From Rhina ancylostomus (Eukaryota), in contig JARFYF010000052.1 in assembly GCA_030265395.1 (NCBI GenBank), positions 115,108,781 through 115,172,780 on the forward strand: 64,000 nucleotides of DNA, written 5' to 3'. Of this stretch, positions 63,625 to 64,000 are shown piece by piece. A program made the translations under genes and the position numbers. Below the pieces are notes generated by a model. The model worked only from the letters and a program-made list of their open reading frames with translations. It had not been told where the DNA came from and searched no databases. The number at the start of each line of letters is the position of its first letter. The first letter of the stretch is position 1.

Positions 63625-64000
63625 AGAACACAGAACTTAGAACAGTATAGCACAGCAACAGGCCCTTCAGCCTACAATGTTGTGCCGAACTAAGTAAATT
63701 AGTAATCAAATGCCCAACTAAACTAATCCCTCTTGCCAAAACAATGTCCATACCCCTCCATTTCCTGCATATTCATGCGCCTATCTAAGAACCTCTTGAT
63801 CACCTCTATCGTATCTGCCTCCACCACCACCCCAGGCAGTGCACTCCAGGCACCCGCCACGCTGTGTAAAAAAAATTACTCCGCACATCTCTTTTGAACT
63901 TACCCCGTCACCTTAAATGCATGTCTTCTGGTATTAGACAATTCAACTCTGGGAAAAAGATACCAGCTATCAACTCTATCTATGCCTCTCATAATCTTAT
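63625..64000 (-). mobile_element. CR1 LINE 3' end, continues past the window
   Basis: tagaacacagaacttagaac tail, caggcccttcagcc, cctccaccaccaccccaggcag..ccaggcacc; same subfamily as 28155-28607. Confidence 0.92.

Noticed and set aside
1-64000. Prokaryotic-type systems (CRISPR arrays, operons, defence islands) or endogenous viral genes
   Set aside because: No regularly spaced repeat arrays, no dense ORFs and no viral protein motifs were seen; the content is typical vertebrate repeat-rich DNA.

Overview
This is repeat-dense vertebrate genomic DNA with no recognisable intact host gene, so it is probably intergenic or part of a large intron. The repeat families (HE1/V-SINE-type SINEs, Deu-domain SINEs, abundant CR1/HER1-type LINEs, Penelope-like elements, Harbinger remnants) point to a cartilaginous fish, most likely a ray or sawfish relative; this is an inference. 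N-runs, several exactly 100 nt, fall inside young repeats and look like assembly gaps. The only host-derived coding sequence is an intronless, 3'-truncated annexin A4 retrocopy (49699-50412) with one nonsense mutation. Most notable: (i) very short Penelope-derived insertions with 11-13 bp target-site duplications (TSDs), one carrying an apparently intact minimal type I hammerhead ribozyme (32753-32792); (ii) two solo LTRs of one family with perfect 5-bp TSDs; (iii) a CR1 split by a 2.7-kb block bounded by same-orientation SINEs; (iv) several local template-switch scars; (v) three SINE types whose tails match three different LINE families in the same window. Family names come from recalled consensus motifs, not database searches. 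Boundaries of degenerate repeats are approximate.
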